Part shown: one piece after another, positions 1 to 12,001 of the stretch
How positions within the stretch are numbered: position 1 is the first letter of the stretch
Layout: every line of letters begins with the position of its first letter
Assembly: GCA_026025795.1 (NCBI GenBank)
Contig: JAPEUG010000037.1
Span: 1-64,000 of the forward strand
DNA: 64,000 bases
Direction: 5' to 3'
DNA from: Thelocarpon superellum
Taxonomy: Eukaryota
Notes under the pieces: generated by a model
The model's database searches: none
The model's input: only the letters and a program-made list of their open reading frames with translations
What the model was told of the DNA's origin: nothing
Position numbers and translations under genes: made by a program

Positions 1-184
1 TCGTAGGCCTAGGAACGGTGCGATCAGAGGAGTTACAAAGCGGAGGGGGACATCATACATGTAATCGGCCTTTGAGCTCTCGATCTCCTCGCAGTTTCAC
101 AAACACCACTTCGTCCAGGGAAAGGCGGACCAGATCTAGTGGCTCTGAAACTGCGGCCGCCGGTCCATCGCTCACGTCGGCCAT
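1..184 (-). CDS. LSM3: U6 snRNA-associated Sm-like protein Lsm3, 5' part (gene continues beyond the left edge)
   Basis: Manual translation from ATG at 184 gives [42 protein letters not shown], then intron 58..9 (GTATGA...CTAG), then AY(D). [28 protein letters not shown] is the Lsm3 Sm1 motif. Absent from the ORF track. Confidence 0.93.
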
Positions 185-434
185 GCTCGAATATGCCGGG
201 CGCCTGACGCCGTGACGGGTGGAGCGGTCGGCGATTCGGCGAGAAATTGGATGGTGGGTGAGTTGAATGTGGTTGCCGGGTAAAGAGGGGTGAGGAGCTC
301 CGAGCGAAGATCAACAGTCGCCGGTCAGGCTCACTACTAGTGAGCTGACATGGGGAGCTCAATCGGTGACAGCAGTCGAAGCTGGAGGAGTACAGGCTAC
401 CCAATGGATGATCCCTTGTGATCCCTTGTGATCC

Positions 435-2162
435 ATGACCAGCCTCTTTCTACGCGTCGAGGCCATCGAGTCCCCTCTACGGCTGTCATCATGTCCCCTG
501 GGGATCTCGGGCGGGAAGTTGGCCAGCCATCTGCGCCGACAATTTCCACGTCGGGCGCACAAGTTTCCTGGTCAGAACAGACCTCAGCACTCTCTTACTC
601 CGACCCACTGGGCCCCGTTGGAGTTTTCTGAGCGACTCCCACCTGGTCGAATCCCCCCGTCCGCGACTCCAGACGGTCCACTGCCAGCAGTGGCGACACT
701 ACACGCACAGCGCCCGTTATGGCCCGAACCTACCAGACCAATGGAACGGCGACGTGGAGCACAAGCTCAGCTCGTGTCGGCACTGCGCATCGGAGAACCC
801 AATCGATTACTTCGCGCCGTCCGGACAGCGGTGGACGATGCGTCGTTGATCAAGTCCATCCCTCGAACGACCTTTACGGAGATCCTACGCGCGCTCGACC
901 CCCAACATTTCATCGAGCCGTACAAAAGGATCCACAAAGATATGAGTCCGGCAACGGTGTCGCTGATCGAGGCCAAGCCGATCCGAGTCTTGTTCGCGGA
1001 GTTCGTGTCAGTCATTGGACGACTGGCGCAGACGAGGCGTGAAGCAGGATGGTCGCTGGGCATCGCAGACTACACCCTCCTGCTCAAGTGCGCCGAAGCC
1101 GTAGGCAACGGGACAGCGGCCGAGACGCTCTGGCACGACATGAAACGGGACGGCATCGCACCAGACACCCCCTGCTACAACCACTACATCTCGGCGCGAT
1201 GCTGGTCCGGAGCGTCCGACCCCAGTGAGCGGCACCACCTCCGCGTGACCCCCCACCACCTCAAGATGCGCAACGCTCCGCATCCGCCCAAGGGATTCGC
1301 GGGATACAAGATTGGCGAGGGCGGGATCAAGCAAGAGGTCGGGAGCGTGCTGCAAGAGATGGTGGACCGGGGAGTCGTCGGCGACGAGACGACCTATTCC
1401 ACGCTCATCACGGCCATGGCGCGCGAAGGCGACGTCTCGGGGATCAAAGCGGTGCTGAAGCAAGTGTGGCAGCTGGATATTGACGAGGAAGCACCTGGCC
1501 CCCCTCCCCCCTTGGCTGCCACCTCTCCGCTCCACCCTACGTCCACCCTCCTCTACGCCATCGCACACGGGCTCGGGTCCAACAACGACATTCCACTGGC
1601 GCTGAAGGCAGTGGACACGCTATCACGTGCGTACGACGTGGCGATCCCCATTGAGATCTGGGAGACGCTACTGGAATGGACGTTTGTGCTCTCCATCCCA
1701 CGGCGCAAGTCGCGACGTCACGACGGCACCGCAACGGGGTTGTTACCGCTGCAATCCGTGCAGAGCCTGTGGACCACCATGACCAGCGCGCCGTACCACA
1801 TCCGCCCATCTATGGCCATGTACAACGTGTACATCAAGAACCTGTTTCTGCGTGGGATGCCGCGCCTCGCGGAGGAGCAAATGCAGGAGGGGTTGCGTCT
1901 GTACCTCCGCGGCCGCTCACGACCCCGCGTGGGTCTGGGCGAGGGTGCAGAATCGGGCCCGGCGAGGCTCGAACGACGGCGCAACGCCCTCTACATCCGG
2001 CGCTGGGTGCGGCTACTCCTCGGCACACGCGCCGCTCTGCGCAGCGAGGCGTACAATTGGGAGCGGCGCGCCGTGCCGGATCTCATCGGCAGATGGCACC
2101 GCTTCCTTCCGAAGCAGGTGGCCTATCGAAGCAGTGGAGGACGGGTAGGTTTTGGAGTCTAA
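435..2162 (+). CDS. AEP2: Mitochondrial PPR protein, ATPase expression protein 2 (Aep2/ATP13-like)
   Basis: 575-aa ORF with an Arg/Ser/Leu-rich presequence-like N-terminus and PPR-like helical repeats (DYTLLLKCAEAVGN...GIAPDTPCYN; DETTYSTLITAMAREGD; PSMAMYNVYIKNL). The LHPTSTLLYAIAHGLGSNNDIPLAL segment resembles fungal ATP13-domain proteins. Confidence 0.7.
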   Translation: MTSLFLRVEAIESPLRLSSCPLGISGGKLASHLRRQFPRRAHKFPGQNRPQHSLTPTHWAPLEFSERLPPGRIPPSATPDGPLPAVATLHAQRPLWPEPTRPMERRRGAQAQLVSALRIGEPNRLLRAVRTAVDDASLIKSIPRTTFTEILRALDPQHFIEPYKRIHKDMSPATVSLIEAKPIRVLFAEFVSVIGRLAQTRREAGWSLGIADYTLLLKCAEAVGNGTAAETLWHDMKRDGIAPDTPCYNHYISARCWSGASDPSERHHLRVTPHHLKMRNAPHPPKGFAGYKIGEGGIKQEVGSVLQEMVDRGVVGDETTYSTLITAMAREGDVSGIKAVLKQVWQLDIDEEAPGPPPPLAATSPLHPTSTLLYAIAHGLGSNNDIPLALKAVDTLSRAYDVAIPIEIWETLLEWTFVLSIPRRKSRRHDGTATGLLPLQSVQSLWTTMTSAPYHIRPSMAMYNVYIKNLFLRGMPRLAEEQMQEGLRLYLRGRSRPRVGLGEGAESGPARLERRRNALYIRRWVRLLLGTRAALRSEAYNWERRAVPDLIGRWHRFLPKQVAYRSSGGRVGFGV

Positions 2163-2416
2163 TTTGGGGGGGTGGGGGTTGCTGCTCAGGGGGCAATCTA
2201 GTCCATCTAAATCTACATGGTCAAGCTGACGAAGATGAATGTGGTCCTGATCAATCATTCGTTCTTCGTGCTCCTCCACTAACCTACATCGACTTCCCCA
2301 AAGAGATACTATCTATCCTGCATCCTTCGTGCAAGGGTAATGTCATGCCGACCGAAACACCACGCTAAACCTCAGACACGGTCGTGAACACGCAGCCTCA
2401 CGCAGCAAACTCCATC

Positions 2417-5400
2417 CTACATCCGTCCCGCCGCCCGATATGGCTGACGGTAGTATCCCTGAGGTCGTTCAGACGTCATCCACGGTTTCGATCGGCCAGC
2501 GTCTGCATCCGCCGCCGTCGCTGCCCGACCTGTCAGATTCTGCCGAAGCATCGTGCCCACGTCGGGGAGGTCGATGGCCTGTGGTCGCGCGTGGTAGGGA
2601 AGGGGGGTTCTCGTGCGGCGGGAGGGTGAGGAGGAAGGCGTGGGCGGGGGAGATGACGGTCCGCTGGACTTGCGGCTATCGCGTACAAGTTCTCGGAGTT
2701 CCTTGTCATCTGCCGTGATTTGGGCTTTGAGGAGGACGGAGTCGAAGGAGGGGGAGAGCGACCCCGCTTCCAAGGTGGCCATGACAGGTTGACGCGGCGT
2801 GTATTCCCACGACGTCACATCGGGCGCGTCGGTCGGCTGGATGGCCGGATCCAATTGTGATACCGCCCCCTTCTCAAGGAGCTGATTGATGTCGACGCGC
2901 TCGCCGTGCGGAATCTTGTCGGGGTGTGAGGGCGTGACGCAGTCCATGTCCACCTCCTTCCGTAGCACGTGGTCAATGTCCACGGCGGAAAAGTAGGCGC
3001 ACGACTGTGGCAGCTCGTTGATGCCCATCTGCTGCGAGAACATGGCGCGCGTCCAGAGGTTGGCCACCTGCAAGGCCATGGCCGCGCGATACTTGTCCGC
3101 GTCCTTGACTAGATAGCGGATCTCGTCGTGCACCGTGATGGTCAGACGGGCGTCAATGTTGAAGCGCCGACTCAGGTAGTCCATGGCGACGATCAGCAGG
3201 TGGAGATAGTCCACCCCGGACGATTGGATCGCCCAGTTGATGCGCGACGTCATGAAGCCGCCTTTGTTGATGAAACGTCGCATCAGCGCCTCCGTGATGC
3301 CCGCCCCCAGCACCGGCGTCCGTGGCCGCTCTTGCTCGGCAAAGTCCTCGAGCTTGTTGAAGACGAAGCTCTCCGTGCCGCCGCGCCAGAAAGACCGCTC
3401 TTGCAGCGCCTTGCGCGTCGTCTTCTGCCCCTTGGTCTCGCGGTAGAGCTGTTGCGCGATCTTCGACGAGGCCGCCTCCGTCAAGGCCGGGTTGAACTGT
3501 CGCAGCAGCGTCGACGCGAATTTGACCCCGGCCCCGTAGATGCGGCCATAGTTGAAGACCTTGGCATCGTCGCGCGAGATGCCCAGGATCTGGGCCGTCT
3601 TGGAGTGGAGATCCGTCCCGGCCGCCTTGGTCCCTTCGAGCGTCATGAAGCCGATGGCGTTGCCGCCGTGCATCTTGAACTGCGCGTCGCCCACGAGACT
3701 GGCGATCCACAGCTCTTCCGAGTCCACATCCGCGCCCACGAAGCAATATCCCGGTGGCGCCTTGACCATCGACTTGAGCTCCGACCCGACGCGGTTCGGC
3801 TTGGCGTTGCTGGCGGTCAACCACGTGTTCTCCACCGCCCGTCGCGTGATGGTGCCCATGGGGATGACCTGTGGCAAAATGAAGCCCACTTCGCGACCAT
3901 CTGACCTCGCGCTGGGCTTGGCCGTCGTGTCGCCCTCGTACACCACCATCTGGGACATGATCCGGTCCCGCGCGCTGATCCAATAGGAGCACGAGGCATT
4001 CATCTCCAACGCTTCCTTGGCGTACGGGTACTCCGACGACAAGATGCCCTTTTCGAAATACGCCATGTACCCCTTGGCCAGCGGATTGGCACACCGTGCC
4101 GTCGGACCGTCCTTGTGCGGCAGCTTAAAGTAAACGCCGGATCGGTCGCCACGGAGCTCGAGGTTGGTCTCGTCAAACATGTCCACCTCCACCACCGGCT
4201 TGTCCTTGTATCGTGCAGCCGCGCCAAGGGACACCCGAAATACCCAACCATGCTTGTCCGACCAGATGAGCGGGTGGCCGTCCCACGCCAGCCGCAGGAG
4301 CAGCGGGGCGATGCGCGTCCGGACCGAGAGGTTGATCGGTCCATCGTTCTTGGCAAACATCTCCTTGTACCACACCGGCGCGCCCGGCTTCTTCTGTCGC
4401 GCCGCGGGCCGCGGTGGGTCCCCCTTCTTCTTGCCCTTGACCATCTTCATCTCCTGACCCGACCAGTCCAGCTGTCGGAGCCACGGATCGTGCAGATACT
4501 TGTCGGGCTCCTCCTTCATCTCCAGGGCACGTTCCGTCAGGGTGATGAGTCGTTGTTGCACCGCGTCGGAGAGGCGATGATACGTGGCCTCGGCGTTGGC
4601 GACGTACGCCTCCCACGACCGGTCGATGGGCAGCACGACCGACGAGAGGTGTCGCAGGGCGGCGAAGCTGACGGGATGGGGACACACGTCGAGGAAATTG
4701 GGAAAGACCTTTTTATACACGCGGTGTGTGATGGCCACATCGGCCGCGCAGTAATCCAGCAGCTCATCTAGCTTGCCCCGCACCCCGGCCCGGTCGAGCT
4801 CGCCAAACTGGTCCCGCTGGGCCTTGTCGATGGTGACGTCGCAGTGGAACTTGGCCACGTCCCGCAATGAGTTGACCGAGCTCCGGCCCACCCAGAGCTC
4901 TTCCTCCTCCTCGCTCAGCATCTTGGACTCGAGCAGCGACGATAGTTCGGCCGAATGCGACTGGTCCGCGAGTTTGGCCCGGAGCTCACGGTTCTTCGAA
5001 TGCTTCATCCAGGTGGGACGTTGACGCGAGCACATCCCATTGACCGCCACGTGCAGCGACATGGTGTCGAGGAAGGCATTTTTAGATTGCGCCAGGTCGT
5101 ACTCCTCGGCAATACGCGCACGGTCGTATCCAATGTTATGTCCAATGACGATCCGCGGCGTCGTTGGATCGCCCAGGGGGATCAGGTGACGATCGGATTC
5201 AGACTCGCCGAGGAGCCAGGGCGACAGCCAAGCGTACCAGGCCGTGGGACTGACGGCGCACGCCATGACGGCAAAGGAGCTCTCCTTCCACATCACCTCG
5301 GTGTCGAAGGTCAACATGGATTCTTCCGGCGCCGGCACGGCCTCGGTCCGGCCATCGGAATAGTACTTGGTCCATCCACTCCGATGCACCCAAGCTCGTG

Positions 5401-5925
5401 GTCGCGGCGGTGCATTGACTCGCGCAAATTCTCGCGCGTGGCTCAGATGTGGTTCGGCAGCATCCATGCCCAATCGGTAGAAATGCTCGTCGAGGGTGCG
5501 GCCATGGAGAGTAGGGAGATCGAAGACGACGGGCGGGGGATGGTCTTGATTTTTTCCCCATAGCTCATGACGAGCCAGGTGATCTTTGGACAGGGCGATC
5601 AGTTCTGGGGGTGGTGGGGTCGATTTGACCTTGAACACCTGCGAATGCACATGGGCACTCAATTGCTGCACGCCCACCTCGTTGAAGCGGGCCTGGGACG
5701 ACGCTGGAGAGAGTCAGTCACGATCCGATTTCCCACATCAAGAACCGTACCAGGACGGGACGGCGATTCGCGGGACGCGTCATGATGCGATGCTTCGATT
5801 GCAAAGCACCGTGGTCGATGCTGCGTAAAAGGGGAGTCACCGTGGCGACCAGGTCCACGTGGGGCTGGCCGAAGACTGGGGGGGAAGGTCCTTCCGACCT
5901 GACTCAGTCTGGTCAGACGTAGCAT
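2417..5925 (-). CDS. MIP1: Mitochondrial DNA polymerase gamma
   Basis: Exonuclease motifs (TFDTEV, GHNIGYDRAR, YCAADV) and family A polymerase motifs (GADVDSEELWIA, AKVFNYGRIYGAG, ITVHDEIRY). Exon 1 from ATG 5925 encodes a presequence (MLRLTRLSQ...). Intron 5750..5704 (GTACGG...ACTGAC...CCAG) joins in frame to ARFNEVGVQQLS. Confidence 0.96.
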
Positions 5926-6594
5926 TCTTTGAATGTGCGGCACTCTTGCCCGGTGACATGACCGACGACGATCGTGTCAGGGTGAAGAACGAAGAGAGGC
6001 CAGAGATGAGGCTTCATGGGTTCTCATGCGCCCTGGTATTGGCATTGGCGTTAGGCTTTGTCGCCAGAAGACGCCTCATCACGTGATGAAAGCCGGTTGA
6101 TGCGAGCGTCGATGCAAGGCTGCGGCGCGAGGCGTTGGCGCGAGGCGTAGACGCGATCGGATTTGTCGACTCGTCTTCTCCGTGATTAGTGGTCGACGTA
6201 CGAGTAGTGATGTGATGAGATGACTGAGTAACATACCGTTAGCGTTGGGAGGCCGGCCACGCTTCGCAGAGGATAAGGCGCGTGGGACTCGGTCGGACGT
6301 GGAACTACAGCCGAGCAAGTGAATGCAGCTGGCAGCAATCCAACTCCGTCGTCTCATTGCTGTCGCTCGGTTGTCGGTCCCCATCGCCATTGCCATCGCC
6401 TTCGCCCTGTTCACCTATCGTTCCAAGGTGCGATTCACCAACCGTCCCGGGACCGTATGTTCACCACGATGAGAACTCTTATCTGCACATGCTCCTCGTG
6501 ACCAGATTAATCAAAGCGATAAAGCGTCGAGCCGAGATCACGACTCGGCTCCCGGACCATCCGCTGTCGCCACGGCATCGGAGTTGCCCGCACG

Positions 6595-7814
6595 ATGTCA
6601 CTACAGGGGCGAGAGCAATCTTCCACCGCGGCCGTTGACCAGGCGTCAATGTCCGCCTCCGCCTCCACCTCATCCGCACGTGCCTCGTCACTGTCTCTGG
6701 TGGGCGAGTCGGTGCATTCACGCTCCACCACCCCTCCGGCCGCGTCTCGCAGTGACGACTTTGACGATTTTCTGGACGGCGTGGACCCTAGTGATTTGGA
6801 CGACTTCTTCACCCGCTCGCCATCTTCCCCAGCACCCATACCTCAGGAACCTGCCTCTCCATCGCGCCGACCATCGCCATCCCTCTTCCTCTCCAGCCCG
6901 TTCTCGACCTCGGATCTCCACCAACCGTCGGGCACGTCTCGATCGAGATCAAGATCACGATCACGATCACGATCACGATCACGATCACGATCACGATCAC
7001 GACCCTCAATACCGTCGGCCGTTCCGACAGCCCTCCCGCCCTCGCGAACTTCGCCCCACCAGCCTCGCGGTCACCGTCCAGGTGTTGAAGCGATGACGCG
7101 ACATAGGCGCCGGCGCCCGGTGTACAACCCCATGTTAACCTCCGTGCGCGGCTTCGTGGATCTGACGGCACCGTTGTCCCCACCCCGACCCCCACCTTCA
7201 GATTCGAACCCAAAACGAGCACGGAGCCCACGTCATGAATCCAGCTCGGGTTCGGGTTCGGGTTCGGGTTCGGGCTCGGCGTCGAAGCGACGGAAAGCGT
7301 CAGATGTTCCGAACGAGCCGCGATCAAGCGCCTCCATTGAGCAACTGGACCTGGTGGACGTTCGAGATGACAACGGTCTCTCTCAACTGCTGCAGAAGCA
7401 ACGTGAAGAGCAAGTCAAGTCGCAACAAGGCGGGGAAGGCGCGCCGGTCCGACTGTCGACACTCCAATGTGTCATCTGTTTAGAGCCGCCGAAGAATCTC
7501 ACGACGACCATCTGCGGTAAGCCGCTGCGTCCCCTCCTCTACTCCCCCACACTAACAGTCCTGGTCTAGGTCACCTCTTTTGCCATACCTGCCTGATGGA
7601 GGCTCTGATAGCGGGGGAGCAGAAGTCATCTCGGTGCCCCGTATGTCGAAACCCAGTCTCACGTGAACGCGGTGGGGGTCGTCGCGACGGGGGCGAGGGA
7701 AAACACTGGCAGCCGTTGGAGCTGAAGCTCCTGAGGCGAGGAGGGAAGGGGAAGCAACCGGACACGCATCTATCGACGTCACATGGCAAGACGGGTTCCA
7801 TTACAGTGCCGTAG
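6595..7814 (+). CDS. C3HC4 RING protein with SUMO-interacting motifs (STUbL, Slx8/Rfp-like)
   Basis: RING CVIC...TICGHLFCHTC...CPVC is assembled across intron 7517..7569 (GTAAGC...CTAAC...TAG). SIM-like motifs FVDLT and EQLDLVDV lie in a disordered N-terminus. Start codon uncertain. Confidence 0.8.
6941..7002 (+). repeat. (GATCAC)n coding microsatellite encoding an (SR)n tract
   Basis: Eight perfect GATCAC units at 6953-7000 plus degenerate flanking units. Confidence 0.95.
7246..7279 (+). repeat. (TCGGGT)n coding microsatellite encoding (SG)n
   Basis: Tandem hexamers seen directly; translate as SGSGSGSGSGS. Confidence 0.9.
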
Positions 7815-8121
7815 TGGGCTTCTTCGTTCCTGTTAATAGGTCCAAGGAGGGCCAGGCATAGGGGCTGGCGGGTAGATTCTGCAGGGCAACGCGGGTGGAG
7901 AAGGGAAGGTGTTTGTGCAACTCTCTTTCATTTCTCTTCATTTGAGGTGCGGGCGCTGGTGCATGTGCATGTGCATGTGCAGGTGTGGGTGTGGGTGTGT
8001 GGGAGAGGGTATGGGTGCAGATGCGAGGTACGGCAAAGGTGATGATCAGGAGGGTACAGGCATGGCAACCGTGGAACATGGCAAGAAAGGATAGATCTAC
8101 CCGTATCCCAGTATCTCAGTA

Positions 8122-9740
8122 TCAGAGAATAAGCCGGTCAAGCGCCTCCCGTAAAGCCTCAGCATCGTATCGTGCCCCTCCCCCCTCTTCTCCTTGCGAT
8201 GTGGCGCAGGAAACGGAAACACACTCGACTCCTAAATGTGCCAGCTCCTGGGTGTCCACGGCCGGGGTGCCATTCGAGACTCCGGGTGCATCAGCAGCAG
8301 TACCACCATCAGCAGCAGACCTGATATCAGTCGCAGCGTTGTGAGGCGAGGAAGGGAGATGCAAAACATGCGAGACGAAGTTCTTCACTTCGCGTCGGAC
8401 GACGCTCGTATCCTCGATGGAAGCCAGCGGAAGAGAAGGAGACGTGCGACTGTACAAACAGGCCCTCGTGATGGCCAGGACGAACTCCGTGGCGGTAAAC
8501 GCGGGCGTGATGGATGTCGCGCTCGTTTCGCGGTCGAGCGTGCCGTTTAAGATTAGGATCTTCTTCCTGATCTTTTCTTTTCCTCTCGTCGACGAGGACG
8601 AAGACGAGGACAAGGACGAGATCGCATCGCCCACCCCCTTGAGAATCAGACACGGGATGATACTCGTGTATAGACTGCCGATGGAGTAAACGATGCTATC
8701 GGCCGCTCGCAGAGCGTCAAGCACCCGCGGATTGGCAGGCGGTCGGATCTCGTGGCCGAACGGGTTGATGTACCAGATCCGCTCGATGCGGGCCGGGAGA
8801 GGCTCGTCCATTGTCTTGGAAAAGGCGATGTTCTGGCGGCGGAGACTCGGCAGCGAGCCGGGGAGGTTCGCGTCTTCTTCGGGCGGATCAGCGCCGTCCT
8901 CGGCCTCGTTGTCCTCTTCCTCGTCCTCGTTCTCGTTGTCGCTGGTGCTGGTGCTGGTGCTGGCTGTGGTGCTGGCACTGGTGATGGCTTCCGGGAGCGC
9001 GGTGCGTGCACTGGGATGACTGATGGCGTTTTGGCCCACGACGACGCTTCCATCCCGCAGGCCGGCGGAGATGTGGTGGGTGAAGTTGCTGTTGACGGCC
9101 GGAAGCACCTGGACGTGCTCCGACACCCCGGTGATGCTGCTGAGGAGGTAGACGGCCGCCTCGAAACTGCCGCAGAACAGCCGCGCGCCGGTGAGGAACA
9201 GATTGCCCACGGCCGCGGCTTGGAAGCTGAAGGTGTGCGAGGGTGGACGGGCCCGTTTGAGAATCTCATGGTGGAGGTGCAGCAGAAAAGAACGGATGAG
9301 TTCGCGCTTGGACGAGGAGATGTTTCGCCAGAGCTCGGAGCGGGACTCGATAATGGAGTGCCATTCGATCCTTGCCAGGTCCGCATTGGACGGTAGACGG
9401 TGGTTGAAGAAAGCTTTGATGGCAGTGCGCTCGCTGTTTGACGGGTCCGAGGGGATCAATCGGACGAGACGACCTGAGCGGCGGTTAGAGGGCCCCTGGT
9501 CGCGGACGTGGAAACACACTGACTCCGAACATCTCCCACCGACGGACCACCAAAGACACGCAAGAGCTCGCTGGAACTCCCCCCATTGTCGCTGATGGGA
9601 ATGATGTAGCTCAGTTGGCAGGCTTTGGCGTGGGCCACCGAGTCAAAGACATCCACCAGGTTATTGGCCGCGCTGCCCCCTGAGCACACGACAATCCCGG
9701 GACTTGGTGCACTCGTGCTCGTGCTCGTACTCGTGCTCAT
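8122..9740 (-). CDS. UPF0052 / CofD-YvcK family protein (yeast YNL011C-like)
   Basis: N-terminal VVCSGGSAAN and ISDNGGSSSELLRVFGGPSVGDVRSRL (intron 9523..9474), plus GNLFLTGAR and IVYSIGSLYTSIIPCL, all characteristic of the CofD/YvcK fold. Confidence 0.88.
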
Positions 9741-10475
9741 GGTGGATCTCTAGATCTATGAAGCTGCGGTGGGAAAGCCATGATCAGGCCTCATGCTTTA
9801 ACGGCCGACAGACTTGTCCACACGCTTGGTGGCAGGGTTACGAGGATACGCCCAAGTGAGGCCCTACAAGATGCCTCGTTGGGGCTCGCGCTTGACTAGA
9901 GAACGACCAGCCTTACGCCCGCGTACGTGGGAGCAGAGTTCTCCGTCCTTCTGGTCGGCAGGGGTAAGTGGCACGTACACCACTAACAGAGTGGTAGGGA
10001 GTGGCTTGCGTCAAGCGAGCCAGGCTTACCGCGGAACGAAGCGCGGAGCACGAGTGTGAGTACGAGGACGAGTAGCGGGGGTTTGAAGCGAATCCTCGGT
10101 AGCTCTAGGTTCACACAATGCAACATGTTTTCCAACACCTTACTCCTGCTCCTTCATTGTCCAGCGACCAAGTCCTCCCCAGGGATCTCTTGTTTCTCCT
10201 CTATCCTCTGCCTGGTGAGCGCAGACACGTCATGGTTGTGGAATGTGCAATGTGCAATGTGCAATGTACAATCTAGTTTGTGACCTCTACATCAACATGA
10301 CAAAGGCTCTTCGGGCCGTCTAGTTGGCGCCTCATCGACAAACAGGCCTTTGTGCGCCATCCCGTAAGCGCTAGAAGCGGACACAGGCACAATAAACCAT
10401 CCGAGCAAAGCGGCCGCACACCAGGACTCCCGATTCGTGATGCTGACTCCGTCTCACCCACGGGCTCCGTCTCTT

Positions 10476-11936
10476 CTACAGATTGCTATCGTTCACCGCC
10501 ATCATTTGACCGGCCTTGGACTCGGACTTGGCGTGGCGATGCTGGTGGTAGGCGCCGGCTAGGGAGATGAGGATGCCGACCCCGCTGATGCCGATGCCCG
10601 TGTAGAGGGCGGCGCGGTAGGCGCGGAGCGGATCCTGCCCCTGAGGATCGACCTGACTCGCCACCGTCCCGGCCACGCCCAGCCCGATGGAGATGGAGTA
10701 GTTGACCACCGTGGCCACGAGCGAGGCGGCGATGCCCTGGTGCTCCCGCCCCACCGAGCCGCTGAGGATGAGCGTCGCGGCGGGAAAGCTCATGTCCATT
10801 CCCCAGGGAATGACGAGGATGGCCACGAACGTCTGGGCCCAGTAGCTTTGCTCCACGGGCATGGTGGCGACCAGAATGGTGCCGATGCAGAAGGCCATCT
10901 GGGCGAGCGTCATGATGATGGCCGTCGGCATGCGCGTCATCAACCACCCCGTCGTCAGCGCCGCCACCGCGCCCGACACTGAGACCGGGGACAATTGCGC
11001 CGCCGCGAGCATGGGCGGGTCATGTCGGAGCTGTTCGAGGAACTGCATCACATAGAAGATCCAGATGCCAAAGGTCGACCAGCCCGCGGCGACGCAGGCT
11101 AGCACAAAGCCCGTCTCGCCGGAAAAGGCCGTGATGGGCACCAGCGGCTGCGCCACACGCGCCTCGATCCAGATGAAAGCGGCCATGACAACGGCCCCGA
11201 GGATCAAGAGGATGTAGACGTACGGTGTCCCCCAGCCGACGCTGGGGCCTTGGTTCCACGCCACGTTGATCAGCACCAGGCCCGCGACACCGACGACGGC
11301 GCCGAGGAAGTCAAAATGCTTGGGCACCCGGTCGGGCCCCTGCTCCGTCGGGTCCGGGAGGATGGCCCAGGCGAGGCCGGCGACGAGCACGCACACCATG
11401 CCCATCGTCCAGTAGGCCCACGCCCACCACGCGAGCTGGGCAAAAAGACCGGCGAAGACGGCGCCCAGGACGAAGCCGCCAGGAGCACAAGCGCCAAAGA
11501 GACTGAAGACGAGGTTCTTGCGCGGGCCCTCGGCGTAGGTCCGCCCGAGGAGGGCCAGGCCGTTGGGCAAGAGGAAGGCGGGTCCAATGCCCTGCATGCC
11601 ACGGCAGATGTTGAAGAAGATGTCGGTCGAGTAGTAGCTGCCGCCGGCCAGCACCGACCAGGCCCCGTACCAGAGGAAGCCGAAGATGAACAGGCGCTTG
11701 TGCCCGTACATGTCGCCCAGCCGCCCGGCGATGAGGATGAAGGTGCCGATGGTGAGCCCATAGGCGGCGACGTACCAGCTCAATTGCCCCGGCTTGGTCG
11801 TGCCGAAGTGCTCTCCGATGTATCGAAGCGGGCCCAAGGCCTGGCCCAGACCGGCCTGCGTGAGCAATTGCGCGAGACAGATGGTCGCGACGAGGAGGAC
11901 CTCGTGCGTCAAGGAGAACGGCGGAGGGGGCGACAT
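10476..11936 (-). CDS. MFS drug:H+ antiporter, DHA2 family (Atr1/YOR378W-like)
   Basis: About 14 hydrophobic segments and MFS motif A (GRLGDMYGHKR), plus SWYVAAYGLTIGTFIL and GMDMSFPAAT. Likely start is MSPPPPF at 11936; the upstream ORF extension runs through a repeat. Confidence 0.9.
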   Translation of the reverse strand: MSPPPPFSLTHEVLLVATICLAQLLTQAGLGQALGPLRYIGEHFGTTKPGQLSWYVAAYGLTIGTFILIAGRLGDMYGHKRLFIFGFLWYGAWSVLAGGSYYSTDIFFNICRGMQGIGPAFLLPNGLALLGRTYAEGPRKNLVFSLFGACAPGGFVLGAVFAGLFAQLAWWAWAYWTMGMVCVLVAGLAWAILPDPTEQGPDRVPKHFDFLGAVVGVAGLVLINVAWNQGPSVGWGTPYVYILLILGAVVMAAFIWIEARVAQPLVPITAFSGETGFVLACVAAGWSTFGIWIFYVMQFLEQLRHDPPMLAAAQLSPVSVSGAVAALTTGWLMTRMPTAIIMTLAQMAFCIGTILVATMPVEQSYWAQTFVAILVIPWGMDMSFPAATLILSGSVGREHQGIAASLVATVVNYSISIGLGVAGTVASQVDPQGQDPLRAYRAALYTGIGISGVGILISLAGAYHQHRHAKSESKAGQMMAVNDSNL

Positions 11937-11961
11937 GGTGTGCAGACCCCGACAGCGCCGT

Positions 11962-12001
11962 TGTGCCGTGTGCCGTGTGCCGTGTGCCGTGTGCCGTGTG
12001 C
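11962..12001. repeat. 7-bp tandem repeat (TGCCGTG)x5 just upstream of the MFS start codon
   Basis: Seen directly. Confidence 0.9.
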
